A stretch of DNA of 64,000 nt, taken from positions 170,686,001 to 170,750,000 of the forward strand of contig JBITNC010000001.1 of the NCBI GenBank assembly GCA_050084985.1. Reading direction: 5' to 3'. The position numbers and the translations under genes are program-made. The notes under the pieces were generated by a model. It worked only from the letters and a program-made list of their open reading frames with translations, was not told the origin of the DNA and made no database searches. Positions within the stretch are counted from its first letter, which is position 1. Each line of letters begins with the position of its first letter. Source of the DNA: Nageia nagi (lineage: Eukaryota; Plantae; Pinophyta). This document shows, one piece after another, positions 38,633 through 52,557 of this stretch.

Positions 38633-41600
38633 TGTTGGAATGTATAATGCATTATAGTAAGGTTTTTGTAATGTTCCTCTTTGTAGACTCATTAATACTT
38701 AAAGGTATCCCTAGATACCTTAAGTATTTAAGTGAATATGATAATGTAACTTGTCCTACATTCTATCTCATGAGCATGCCCCTTGGATAAAAAGGTGAAG
38801 CATGTCATGCCTTTGTATAATGGTTAAAAGGGTGATCCAAAGGGGGATTTTGGCCTATAAATAGAAAGCCCCCTCTTTGTGATCACACAACAAATTGTGA
38901 AGCAAAGTATCTAGGATTAGTGATTAGGATATGATGAAAGAGTTCTTATAAGAGAGTTGTTTTTGTAAATGAAGAAAGATCTTAGATAGTGGATGTACTC
39001 CTAGTTGGAGGAACCACTTTATATCTTGAGTCAATTTGTGATATTGTTATGCTTAGAGTATTGATGTTTGAGGGAGCTTACAAGTGATCTTGGTAGATTA
39101 TGATTTGTTCTTTAAAGTTCAAATCCTTCATTTGATATCAAAGCAAAGTTAGAAGCTCTTCTTCAACATCTTGGAGGTACTCAACTTGGAGGTCTTCATC
39201 CTACTCTTCATAATGAGTTAAAAGAGCTTCAAATATATAACCTTGTTTCCTTCTTGGATTACTAAATGATACTAACATTTTTAGTGTTAGTTGCCTTTGC
39301 TTAATATACTAATATATTGTTGTTACAATTTATTACATACTAACGATTAGTATGAAGTTATTGGTGAAAGTTGCTTATATTGTAGCAATAATATATTTCT
39401 TTTATGAGTATTTACTAAAGTGTGTGGTAGTATAGCATTGTATTTTTTTTACACTTATTACTTGTGTAAAAATATTTAAAAACTTTGCAATTCCTTTTTC
39501 TCTAATTTTTTGCAAAATACTATATATATATGCATAGAATATGTAAATGGTAGAATAAAAAAAAGGAATTGCATTTTTTCTTTTAAAAAAGGGGGGGGGG
39601 ATATATGTTCAAATAAAATAAAAATAGAAGGAGATTTTTTTTTTTGAATTCAAGTTTAACTTACATTTAAAAAAGGGGGGGCATTAGCTGGTCAAACCCC
39701 CCAATCCTCCACTCAATCCTATTCCACCATTGTCTTCTTTGTGGTAAACTCACCTCCTCCTCCATAGGTCATCAGCCACTCCAACACTGCCACCTTATCT
39801 CCTCTTGCAACGCTCCCTTCTCGTAGAAGAGCAAGCCCATGAAGGTCTAGTGAATAAGTTCCATCATCGTACGACACACCCACCATCAACCTCTCTGAAA
39901 TGATACTAGCATGCACCACCCCTTGGGGTGTGGCAACTGCTCGTACTGCCAGATGCTAGCATAGACGGTGTGGTTCTTAAGCCGAGGTATGACCCGCACG
40001 GCATGACCTACACGTATAGCTAGCTTCACCTTACCATCAAATCTATAGTTGCATACTGCTCGAGGCCTCGTGCCTCTAGAATGGATCCAGCCCCTTGGAG
40101 CATCGGATTGTCATAGTTACCAGAGTGCTTGGTGCTCACCACCCAACCAGTGACCTTCATATGGGTATCACCCCTAAGGTCCCCCTAAGCATTATTCACC
40201 CATCTATACCACCCAATCCAACCATAAGAATAGACTCATAACCTTGTTCGCCATGGTTCCTAAAGCATGGTTTCCCGGGTCCGAAATGGATCCTCGTGTG
40301 CTAGATGTTGCACCCTACGCACACTCACCACCCTGAGAGAGGTGACCCTCTCACATTCTCCCCCACTTAGAAGAGTTGACGAACTCGTCAACAACACACT
40401 AAGAGGGGTACAGTACAACACTCCTTGGCTTTTCAACCTTGAAGGTTATGTCCATCATTGCTTCATCGATGAATCTATGTTGAACACAAGGGTAACGTAA
40501 CCAAGAGGTGCTGAGTCTTAATGTTGGATGTTTTGTGACATTCCCCATTCAGAATGTGGTCCTTATCTCTACCATCAACTCATGATGCCATTGCCTAAAA
40601 TGAATGCCTTTCATGACTCTATCCCCATGGATGCCTTACGTCGGCATTATCCGTACAGCAACACCCAAGTCACCATACAACTTGCTCAACCATCCAAACC
40701 ACATATAATAGCCTAGTCGTAGGTTCTGGTAGGATTTAACCTAGCATACCAGCTAGTAACTGTCCGACCTTAACCTCTTCGACTAGCGACACCAGTCTAT
40801 CCATAAACCTGACACATTGAAGGATCCATTTACAGATTTCACTCCTAAGGATCCATTCATCATCCCAAGGATTTGAGTCAGAGTAGTCAGTGCTACACCC
40901 AGCATTTCTACTCGTCTTCCATAAAGCCTCATACTTATAGCTAATTTTATTGGTGTGGGTTGGTTTATTTTATTAAGTGTGAGGGTACATTTTATATTTG
41001 TTATCTACATGCCCCCTCCCATGTAGTTCGTGAATGTTCATTGGTTTTACTCCACCATGCTCATCCTGATTCACATAGCCAAGGACTCCTGAATTTGAAC
41101 CGGACATTCTCAAAATCATCCCCAAACTTCTCACCACAACCATATACTTTGAACTAATGCATCCACATCTGCTAAGCTCCCCAAGGTAGAAGTTTCGCAT
41201 CATTGTTCTCACTCTCTTGCGCTAGTACTTACACCAACCTGAAGGAGACATGCTCATATCAAAATGCCCTCACTCATCCGTCTATCAACCCATCATAGGT
41301 GGGGATTCCAGCTTTCAAAACTTCACTTATACGCTTTTTAGGTTGTTCCATCCAAGGAATACTAGAAAACTTGGAACCTAATGATAGTCACCATTTGGTG
41401 GGAAACTCAATGTTTCCCTTTTTTCGACACACCTGTTTTGCACTGTCACAACTTCCTCTTAAGAAAACTCTTATCCACTGAGATGTCCACACTTCACCAA
41501 GTGATCTACCACAACCATCATATTGAGGTATGCATTCTTCTCCAAGTCACCATTTTCGAAGTCATTTCTTCACTTATCTATAATTTGCCTTGCTGATAAG

Positions 41601-44600
41601 CTATGTGGTCCTCCACCCAACTTAGCTATTCTTATGGCAATTGTTAAGGTCAATCCACTTATTGCTAGATTGATGTCCAACCTCATTCAAGGTGAGCTGA
41701 CCAAGTGAACCGTAGAGTTCCTTTGAGAACTTATTACGTGTTCAAGACATATCTTATTCTCCTTGCTTGACTAGTCATGTCTTGTTCCAAGGTGAAGGGT
41801 AAGGGTTTGCATTGCCAGGTTCCTCTCCCCCACTTTCTCTGAAGGAGGGGGATTGGCTCCTGCACATCGATGAAGTTAAATCGTACATGCCCATCATAGA
41901 TAGCGACATCATTTCCCCATTGTACCCCATAATAAAACCAACATAGAATAGTCACAAACCAAGCCAATACCAACCATCCCATATTAGATGGTAACCTGAG
42001 CTTGAATCCATTGATTCCGATAAGTTGTATGTATACTCCCCCACTTAAAGTGAGAAGTATACCCCTTCCTACTCACATTTCCAAAAGGCACATAGGAGGC
42101 TCCTCTCTGCTTTCTTCCTCTGGCTGAAACACATGTCATGCATTGTCCCACATGCTCACTCACTCGGAGTGTTATTTACATTGCCTGATGCACCCTTGAC
42201 CAAGTTTGATGCTCCCAAGGATATATCACTGTTGATTCTGGAAAGACACCTCCCCCTAGATGTCTCTACAAAATCGTCACTCAACATAGTTGAAATATCA
42301 CTGAACCCCCCCATATCCATCAACTATCCTTTTGTACGCACAAGTTAATGACCTAAGAGCTCATCAACCTCATTCAATACAAGGCTCATGCATTGGTCCA
42401 CACGGTAATCCACCAATTCTCCACAAGCGCTCTCATCATAAATGCCTTGGTTTTCTCTTAACATTCCACCTTTAACATCGGAGACAATCTCCATACGAGA
42501 ACATGTTAGGGATTCCAAGATTTTGCAACACACCCAATTCCAAACTCACATCATAATCGATCACACTTAACTTTCTCAAATCAGGGTCCATTTTTACACT
42601 AGACAAACCCAATCTTGTGCCTGTTGTATGGGAGTAGAGGTGCCAGACTCTCTCCCTTAGCTTCTTCACTAGCATAATACATATTTGCATCTCCTATTAC
42701 CAAGCCACATACCTCATGCACCCCACTTCTCAAATATTTGAGCACGAAGGCCTGATTTCACACTGAAGACTCAACTTGTGAAGGAGTTGCCTAGGCTATC
42801 TCTGTTAGGATGGCCTTTCTGACAACAATTACAAGAACCATAGCATTGCATTATTTGAGGATCCTAAAGTCGTGACTAACTTTACCAACCTTTGTTAATT
42901 TTGCTTGCATTTCCTCTAAAGGGACCCCTCATCCATGCCATACAGTTCCGTGACCAACCTCATAAGACACCCAGCATCACAAGGAATGAGTTCTGGCCAC
43001 TAGCCAAAAAGGCAATGCTCCCATGTACAAGTTCCTTGGCACAAAGATTGATCACCACTTTGCTTCCTTTTCGGTAAACCATCGTATCACATGATGATTC
43101 CCTTATGCCATAGCACCTTTTTCACCGAATCGAACCCAGAGATCTCCAACGGAACATGCAACCTAGTTGCACCCGAAAAACCTCATACAGCCACATGTAG
43201 GTACACCAAATCCATACACATACATGACATGCTCTATCTTGCCCAAATACACAAAGGCTATCACACTTCTTCTGAAATCACTGCATTCTATTCCTCAAGG
43301 GACTACCCGACTACCACAATTTCACTGTTATCTGAGCTCCTTTTCAAGATGGAGCCAACAAGTTCTGACCTCAAGAGTGAACCATTCAACCTATCATAAG
43401 TATTTTCATGAGCAAACCAACCAACATTATGAGCCAACTAACCTTTTTGAAAAGATCTCCCCATGAGGGGTTAATTAGTTTCCAAACCTTGGTTTCTCTT
43501 TTCCCACATAGCAAGTTTTGTCGAAACCAACGATGTGCCCACAATCCATATGGTGCGCACACCTCAAAAATCATCACCTTCCACACACGGGCATTCTGAG
43601 AAGTTTTCCCAGTCATATGCAATCTATTAGACATGCCTTAGCTGAAACTACATGGAGCTTGTAGGTTAACACCCAATCACTTTATGACCAAATCTTGAAC
43701 AACACGTCCAAGAAGATACCCAAACTGGTCCATGCCTTTACCCCTGGCAAGGTGCAGCCGCTGGCTCCTTTTAAGACCCCTATTCCATGAAGGTCTAACC
43801 ACAGCATTGGCTCGAATCGTAGCTGCAAGGATAAGCTCAATTTTTCCACACCAACATGCCAAATCACAATCCAAACTCCCTGCAAGCCACACAATCCATT
43901 CTATCTGATCGATTGACAACACGCTTGATCGAACTTCTCAACTTTGGCATTAAGAACTGACTTGAGGGATGAGAGTTCTTCTAGTGTTTCTCTCACCCTT
44001 ATTGATAACCTTATTCCAATCTGCTCTTTTACCAAACACACAAACCAAACCATCATCTTAGGCAAGATTTATCGTATCACGACCCAACGACACACACCAC
44101 AAAATGGTAAAGTGTTCAATCATACTTGATGCATGAACTGCCCATAATTCTCAACCGACTGTATCTAGTACACATTTCCATTCGTTAAGACCACAATGAC
44201 TTTTCAAGGATTGGGTCCAAAGAATTCCGGTACAATACCAACTGAACTGCCCTATGCAAGCCCCCTTTTTCCACTGTTCATAGGCTTTTGAACAAGAGTT
44301 CTTTTTAAGGAGCATGCAAAATGCACCTCCCAATTTTCCTCAAATGGGCAAAAACTCTCAATGTCTGGCGAGCCATACTCGACTCCAAGCCACTTTAGTT
44401 CCTCTACATGCTATTTCCAACCTCTAAGTTCATCCAACCGATTTTTCCACCAAAAGTGGTGTAGGTGACGGGACGGCCCAAATGGTCACCCATCCCTGAT
44501 TGCTCCACCATGTGCCTGCTTAACCAAATCCAAACTGGCAGAAAAAACGGCCCCAAAACACATCCGCAAGCCAACTGCCATCACAGTCACACATCTGGAG

Positions 44601-47600
44601 GTCTTTTCCACGTAAACCTCTTATGCCACTTAGTCTCATGGTAGGGTGCTTGGTCGAAGACCCATATAACATCTTGCACCTCATCGTGCACACTCGGCCC
44701 ACACCACAACACGAGTGATCACCAATTACTCAACTGCATACATGGCTAACAGATCGCACACACACATTCCACCTTGCACATTACACATGGGGCCTTTGCA
44801 ACATGAAGTTTTTCCAAACACGTTGCTCGTTGGGAACGACCCCAATGGTGCTTTATCAACTATAATTCTTCTTGGGACAAGCCTGCTTCCACGGCTCATA
44901 CTACGATCCACGCTCCAGATCCACGGTAAGTAGTGCATGGTCGACTTATGCACATTGTCCAAACTGTCTCATACCGAGATTTATTCCACATACTTGGGTC
45001 TAATCCACACACTTGGGCCCTGGCCTTCTAGAATTAAAGTTTGCACAACACACGCACACGACACATAACAAAGCCTAGCAAACACTCCATGTTTTGCCTT
45101 TAGTATTTCCAACATTTTCATACCGTCGACATGGTATACGAGATCCCACTCCTTTCGCTAGGAGCATCTATGTGCTGCCTCCTTCGATGCATCGACACAA
45201 TAGTAAGGTGCTGCCTCTTTCGGTGCATTGACACCCATGGTAAGGTGTCGTCAGTACCAATGTAATGGCACCCCTGCACGTACAGCCATTAAGCACCCTA
45301 AGGCTCTAATACCACATGAAACGATACTAGCATGCGCCACCCCTTGGGGCATGGCGATCACTCGTACCACCAGGCGACAGCATAGATGGTGTGGTTCTCA
45401 AGCTAAGGTATGACCTGCACGGCATGACCTGCATGTTTAGCCAGCTCTGCCTTACCATCAAATCTGTAGTTGCATATTGCTCGCGGCCTCGTGCCTCTAG
45501 AGCTGATCCGTCCCCTTGGAGCATTGGATTGTCATAATTACCAGAGTGGCTGGTGCTCACCACCCAACCAGCGACCTTCATATGGGTATCACCCCTAAGG
45601 TCCCCCCGAGCATTATTCACCCATCCATACCACCCAATCCAACCATAGGAACTGACTCACAACCTTGTCCGCCATGGTTCCTAAAGCACGGTTGCTCGGG
45701 TTCGGAATGGATCCCTATGTGCTAGAGGTTGCACCCTACGCACACTCACCACCTCGAGAGAGGCGGCCCTCTCACACTCTCCTCCCCCGCACCCACTGTC
45801 AACCTCTCCTCCACCGCACCTCCTTCCTCCACCTTGCACTTGCTCTGCTTGATGGCTCCCCTTCACTGCCTCTATCGTAGGCTCCCAATTTGATGCATGT
45901 TTTGAGGATAGTGGGAAAGGTAAATTGATCTGGTTGGTCTACTGTTGGCAGCCACTCCAGTCACCTCGCACCTCTCCGTTGTGTGGCCTTCTATTGCTCC
46001 TCTTGACCTCTACATGACTTGTAGATAGGCATGGGCTCTACCAACGTGCCCTCTCACACCTTTTGACCAACACTTCTCTCTCTCTCTCTAATCTACTCTC
46101 TTGGTTATCTTATCGTGGCCCTCCCCTTGTCTAACCCTATTTAATTTTGGTAGATAGATGACCATTTTTTCATTAAAGGTGTTCCCTTTCTTACAAGTAA
46201 TAGTTACATTTTTTTATTATTATTTCTTGGTGGATATCCATATGTTTTGTTACTCTATTAATGGGTGTTCTTTTTTTCATTAATTCACTCTGACTTGAAG
46301 TAGGGTTAGAATCATAGTGAATGATAGCTTATTAAATCTTTATCTTATCTACTTGGAGAAAATCATGATAAAGGTACTAAGGGATTTATTTTAAAAGGGG
46401 AAAGGTATTTTTTTTACTCTTACAATTATGGCAAAATTATAAAAAAAAATTTACTTAGTTAAAATTTCTTGAAGTTGTAAGATAATTTTTTAAGTGGAAA
46501 ATTATAGCTAGACATTTTTTAGAGGAATATTTATGCTAAGAAGCATTTTTTTTGCTTTAATCTAATTCTTAGCATTTTTTTCCTTAGTTAAATTTTTTCT
46601 AAGTATCTATTAAAAAGATAACATCTTACTTAAGATTAATTTTTAAGTAAAAAGGGGGAATCTTATGAATTTTTTACTTAACATTTTAGATCCTTATGCA
46701 AATATTGCATGTCTGTTACTTAGATTTTAAATGTTTACCTTGATAAACCTCTTACGCAAAGATGGACTTGTGCAAATTATGAAAATGATGCATGTTTATC
46801 TTTTATGCCTCTCTAAATATTTATCTTTTTTATGTAAAGTTATAAATAAACTTATGCAAAATATGAACTTATGTAAAGATGTCCTTTAGAGGTTAGTAAA
46901 TAAAACCCATTAGACTTTTAGATTCCAAGTTATGAATGAATGATATTTCATTTTACGCACTTTACTTTATATTTTGCATCTTTTCTTTATTTATTTATTT
47001 ATGCAAAAATCACAAATATTTAATGTGCAACTCCCTAAAATGAACACATCTTCATGTACATTCTACAACATGACTTATTTGGAGATCCACGAGGTGAGGA
47101 CAAGGCAAATTGGAGCCTTTAGTTTGACGATACAAAAGGTGAAAAGTTTATACTTCTTAATTTCTTCTAAGTTCTCTGTTGATATGGACATAAGTCCAAT
47201 AGGTGGATAGACATGTGTGTAGTGATACCACATGTCCGCACATCCATTCAGGGATTATCCTGATAACCTAAAAGAATAACTTAAAACCTAATCAAGATTA
47301 TTAATTTGGCCGATCCAATATACATCACAACCTTAGAAAATAGTTAATACTCCTTGTGAGAGTATATTACTACCCAAAGCGAATTGGTTGAGGATTGGTA
47401 GGACCTAGGCTCCACCTTATGAGCATCCAGGTGAAGGCTTAATTTTAGATAATAAAAAAAGCCTCATCAATATCCCTCTACATTTATGGCACTTGGTGAT
47501 GACAAAAGTATTGGATACAAAGGATGTATTATGAGTTTCTATTGTAAATATTTGTACATGTGAACTTTGTTTAACAATTTAAGCATGTCCTTTTATCAAA

Positions 47601-50600
47601 TCTAGCATGCATGGTTTTTTTATTTTAACATGTATGGATGTTTAAAACTAAACATGTAAATTTGGTTAATCTAGTCCATATGCTTACAAGGGTTAAAACT
47701 TTCACATTCTTATGTAGCAAATGGGATACACCTTCTTACCCAAGCACATTCTTGACTGTTCTAACTTTGGTATTTGAAAATCTCAAATGAAAATTGAATT
47801 GCAAGTAAAAAAGCTTTGGTAGATAATTAATGAGAATCTTGTTGCTTCTACAGATGAGAAGGTACTTGAAGCATACAACATGAAGAATGAGTTGGCAACC
47901 TCTATGATTTTTCATGTAGTGTCAGATGAAGTGCTCCTTATGATTTTGTCATCAACCTTAGCAAAGGAAGCTTGGGATAGGCTCAAAAAAATTTACCTTA
48001 GATCTAAATTTTTAAGAAGGTTCACTATTCTTCAAAAGTTACTTCAATATCATCAAGGAGAAGATGAAAATGTTACCATCTACTTGAACAAAATCATTGA
48101 CCTTAGGATCTAATTTGTTGCTTATGGATGAAATTGGATCAATGATGAGTTTATGGTCTTCATTATTCTCCAAAACCTTTCTTTAAAGTTCAATATCTTT
48201 GTGACTATAATTGAGACTAGGCTTAATGATGAAGTAGAAGTCTTCTCCCCCAAGAACCTTTCAAGGCTCCTTCTAAAGCATGAGGGAATTCTTAATAAAA
48301 AGATGATAATAATGTTGCTCTAAGAGTGACCAAAACTTCTTTCAAGAAGAAGTTCAATTATCAAAATAAATCTTATCCTTCTTTTTCCAAGAAGTTTGAG
48401 AAAAAGGGCAACAACTACTACTACTACTTCAAGCAAAGAGATGGAAAAGGTAAGGCAAACAAACCAAATCCCAAAGCAAAATTTGATAAAAATTGTAACT
48501 TTTGTGGCATCCATGGTCATAAAAAATTTGATTTCTACAAAAAGAAAAGAACAAGGGAAATGAAAATGTAAATAACTTCAAAGAGAAGAGGAATATAAAA
48601 GTTCGATTTGTTATTGGAATCTACTCCATGACTCACTTCTTCTCGACTGATTGGATTATTGACTCTAGATGTACTAATCACCTATTCTTTAAAAAATATA
48701 AGTTTGAAAATTTTTATATGTATAGCTCTGATACCAAATGAAGAATGTGATTAGCAATAAGTGGATCTAGAAGATCAAGTTTAATTCAGATGGAGATATT
48801 GAGAAATACAAGATAAGGTTAGTGGCCAAAGGTTTTGTTCGAAAATCCAGAGTAGATTATGAGGAAACCTTTTCTCCCATAGCAAAGATACCTACTATCA
48901 GAATAATTCTTGCTCTTTTAGCAGCTCAGGGAAGGAAAGTTTTTTAGCTTGACATCAAGAGTGCATTTCTCAATGGTGACTTAGATGTGAAAATCTTCAT
49001 GAATCAACTTGAAGGGTTTATGATGGAAGGAAAAGATTCATTTATGTGCAAGTTAAAGAAGTATTTGTAAGGACTTAAGCAAGCACCTAGAGCTTGGTAC
49101 AAGAAGATTTAAAGATACTTTGCAGACATTGGATTCTCCAAGTGCTTCTCTAAATCTAATCTATATATACTCAATCAAGCAAAAGGCATGGTCTTGATTC
49201 TTTTTTATGTGGATGATATTATGATAACTAAGAACAATGATGAAATCATTCAAGAGTCCATATCCAAATTTAAAGTAATGTTTGAAATTACTGATCTTAG
49301 TCTCTTGCACTACTACCTTGGAATGCAAGTGTACCAATACAAGGATTGTACTTATCTTAGTCAATCCAAGTACATATAAGACATCTTACAAAAGTTTGGA
49401 ATGGAGGAGTGTAGACTTGCAGTGATCCCAATCTCTCTTGGAATTACTATTTTTCTTAGCTCCAACTCTCACTTGGTAGATGCTACAACTTACAAGTAAT
49501 TAATTGGTAGTCTTCTTTATTTGACTATTTTCAGGTCAAATATTACCTTCGTAGTGAATCTGATGGCTCAATTCATGCAAAAACATTACATTGAGCATCT
49601 CAATGTTGTTAAGCAAATTTTGAGGTATGTTGTAGGGCTGAAGAATCTTGCTCTTAAGTATTCCAAGCTACCCTTATTTGTTCTCTCAAGATTCTTAGAT
49701 TCTAACTATGAGGGAGATCAAAATGATAAAAAATCAACCTTTTTTTATGTGTTTAGCACTAGTTTAGGTGCTATCTCTTAGGCTTCTAAGAAGCAGCCTA
49801 CTCTTTTCTTTCCACCATAGAAGTTGAATATCGAGCCATATCTATTGCAACCCAAGAAGCTATTTGGCTTAGGCATCTTTTGAATCAACTATTTCTTTGG
49901 CTAAGAATCTTGTATTCTACCAGAGAACAAAACATGTGAAAATTCAATCCCATTTCATTAGGAAAAGATTTTTGATGGCATCATACACATAGAGTATTGC
50001 CCATTAAACTTGAACTCCACTGATTTATTCACCAAACCTCTTCCTGACGCTAAGTTGAGTAAGCTTAAGGATGTTATTGGGGTTGTGAAGTTGCCTTCAA
50101 GGAGGAGTGAAGTTTGAATTCTTATGTTGAATTCATGTTTATGATAATAAGTTCACCCCAAGGAGGATATTTTTACTATATAGTGTTGATTTTGTTGTAC
50201 ACCTTTGTGGTAAGTTCAATCTATATGAGGAACTTGTTGTACAAACATTTTTTGAGCATTTGTTTGGTCATCATTTTTACTTTTTAGTTATCTATGTGTG
50301 AGGAAATCATATGTGTCTTTTGCAATTGTTAAGTTATCCATGTGTGAGAAACTTATATTTGCATTTTATGCTCTATTTTGTAATGATAATCAACACATGT
50401 TTTGTATACAACAAGTGACTATTAGTATTGGCTTGGCATCTTCATGATGACTTATAATGCACCATTGATCAGTTTTGAATGACATAATTTGATTCATTTA
50501 TCCTTATTGATATGAATCTATACATGTTTCATCTAACTGATCTTATTGTTTGAGCTACTTGTAGCTTGCAGGTTTCTTTTGAGATTGCAGGTTACTTATT

Positions 50601-51119
50601 TTAGGTGAGCAGGCTTATGGAGACTCATCATGTCAACTTCTAGTTGGATGACTACTTTATGTACATTGAAACCAATTATGATTAATGATTGTATTGCAAA
50701 CCATTTGTTAGAATGATAAAGTATTAAGTTTCAAAATAAGATCTTGCTTACTTCACAAAGATGTAAAAAGTTCTCATCTCTAGTTGTATCTGTATGGAGA
50801 AGAACTCTCTTACTCTCTCTTCTTCTCTTCTATGGGGCCTATAAATAGAAGGTATCCTCTTTATGATCACACATAAAATTGTGAAGCAAAGTTATGCTCT
50901 AGGATTAGTGATTAGGAGATGAAGAAAGAGTTCTTGTAAGAGAGTTATCTTTGTGAATAAAGAAATATCTTAGATAGTGGATGTACTCCTAGTTGTAGGA
51001 ACCGTTTAATATCTTGAGTCAATTTGTGAGATTGTTATGCTTAGAGTATTGATGTTTGATTGAGCTTACAAGTGATCTTGGTAGATTAGGATTATGTTCT
51101 TTAATGTTCAAATCCTTCA
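38633..51119 (+). mobile_element. Ty1/Copia LTR element with a long leader, integrase deleted, hosting a nested element
   Basis: 5' LTR 38633-39130 and degenerate PBS tgatatcaaagc at 39133. Gag-protease 47720-48724 (CNFCGIHGH, WIIDS). RT-RH 48740-50100. 3' LTR ends aaatccttca at 51119. TSD atttg/gtttg, and the L1 frame resumes after it. Confidence 0.88.
39896..45776 (-). mobile_element. Non-autonomous (LARD-like) LTR element related to the chromovirus at 21709
   Basis: 460-bp LTRs 39896-40355 and 45317-45776, collinear with the chromovirus LTRs. Perfect TSD CTCTC. PBS gctctaatacca at 45303 and the same PPT (ttctcccccactt). The ~5-kb interior has no gag/pol ORF. Confidence 0.93.
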
Positions 51120-52557
51120 GTTTGGAGCAAAAGGAAAGCATAAAAGTGCATTAGTAAGACGGGACAAAGTGTGCCAACCAAAAGAAGTAGGAAGAATTGG
51201 TATCAAAGATGCAATAACAAATAATCAAGCCTTGTTAGGTAAATTATACTGGATATGGATCATAAATCAAGATCAATTATGGATTCATGTTTTAAAAGCA
51301 AGATATTTTTTTGGTACATGAAATGGAAGACATCCCTCGACTATTAGTCATAGGAGAGGGATCAAAGATATGAAAAGCACTCTAAAATGGAACCTCTTTA
51401 GTTTTAAGGATAACTTATGTTGGAAGGTAAAAGATGTAAAAAAAAAGATCAAATTATGAGATGATTCTTAGGAAATTTAACCATATGTAATCATATACCC
51501 TCATTTGGATGGTCTTAGAGAGGCTCTCTACAATCAAGGTCGTACTCTAAATTCTCACTATCTCACCCTTCATATCCAACAAGATCATTCATGCAAGTGG
51601 CATAGTATGGATCACTAGTTAAATGGAGATTAGGAGGAAGAAAAAGAGGATTTAAAAAAGATTCTAGAAAGTAGAACATGGTTATGGAAGGATGGTCTAG
51701 ATTAGCTATCCTAGGGACATGGTAGACAAGGAAAATATATAGTAAAAGAAGGTTACTTAAAACCCCTCCAAAATAATCATCCCCAGCCATAAATTCCATT
51801 AAAAGAAATGTGGAATCTAAAAGGATGGCCAAAAATAAATTATTTTTCATGTTTAGTGGTTCATAACACTATTATGACTTGGGATAATATATGAAGAAGA
51901 GGATTCATTAGACCAAGTAGATGTGTTATGTGTAATTAGGAAGAAGAATCTAGAGGCCATCTTATTTTTTAAAGTATCTATGCTAGAGCAATTTGGAGTT
52001 GGTGGTATCTCATATTCAACTAAACACCATGTTTTCCTCTTAGTAGTAACAACTTATGGGATTATGGGTCACATAACAAGTTTAAGTCTAAAACTTTGAG
52101 GATAGCTTGGAAGCTCATAATGAGATTTATTTGGTGGCAATTATGGTTGGAATTTAATAATAGAACTTTTAAGGAGGAATTTGGATCAATGGAAATAACA
52201 TAGCAAATTATAATAAGGAAATTAATAGAGACAGTACAAGACAAAGTACAAGTAGAGTCTCAAATGATAATGGAAGAACAAGTTATTTAGGAACAAATTT
52301 GGAAACGATTACAAAATGAAGATCAAAGGGAATAAAAAAAATAGAGACATGAAGGAGTTGCAAGCTAAAGTGGAAGAATCCCCATACATATAAAAAGAAA
52401 ATACAAGTTAAAGGGTATGGCAAATATAGATCCTAGAAAGACAGAAGCAAAAAGAAGAAATGTATTCTGCACCTTGCTAAAATAGGTAGGGTAACAAAAC
52501 TAAATTGTAATCATTGATTTGTTTTTTGAATAAAGTTTTTACCTTTTCTAAAAAAAA
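51120..52557 (+). mobile_element. L1 LINE ORF2, right part with 3' end
   Basis: GAKGKHKSALVRRDKVCQPKEVGRIGIKD, a zinc-finger-like CVMCN*EEESRGHL, AATAAA near 52529 and an A-tail at 52550-52557. Confidence 0.9.

Noticed and set aside
40267-45880. Many 60-100 aa ORFs on both strands
   Set aside because: Short, unlinked and without recognisable domains, as expected by chance at this GC content.
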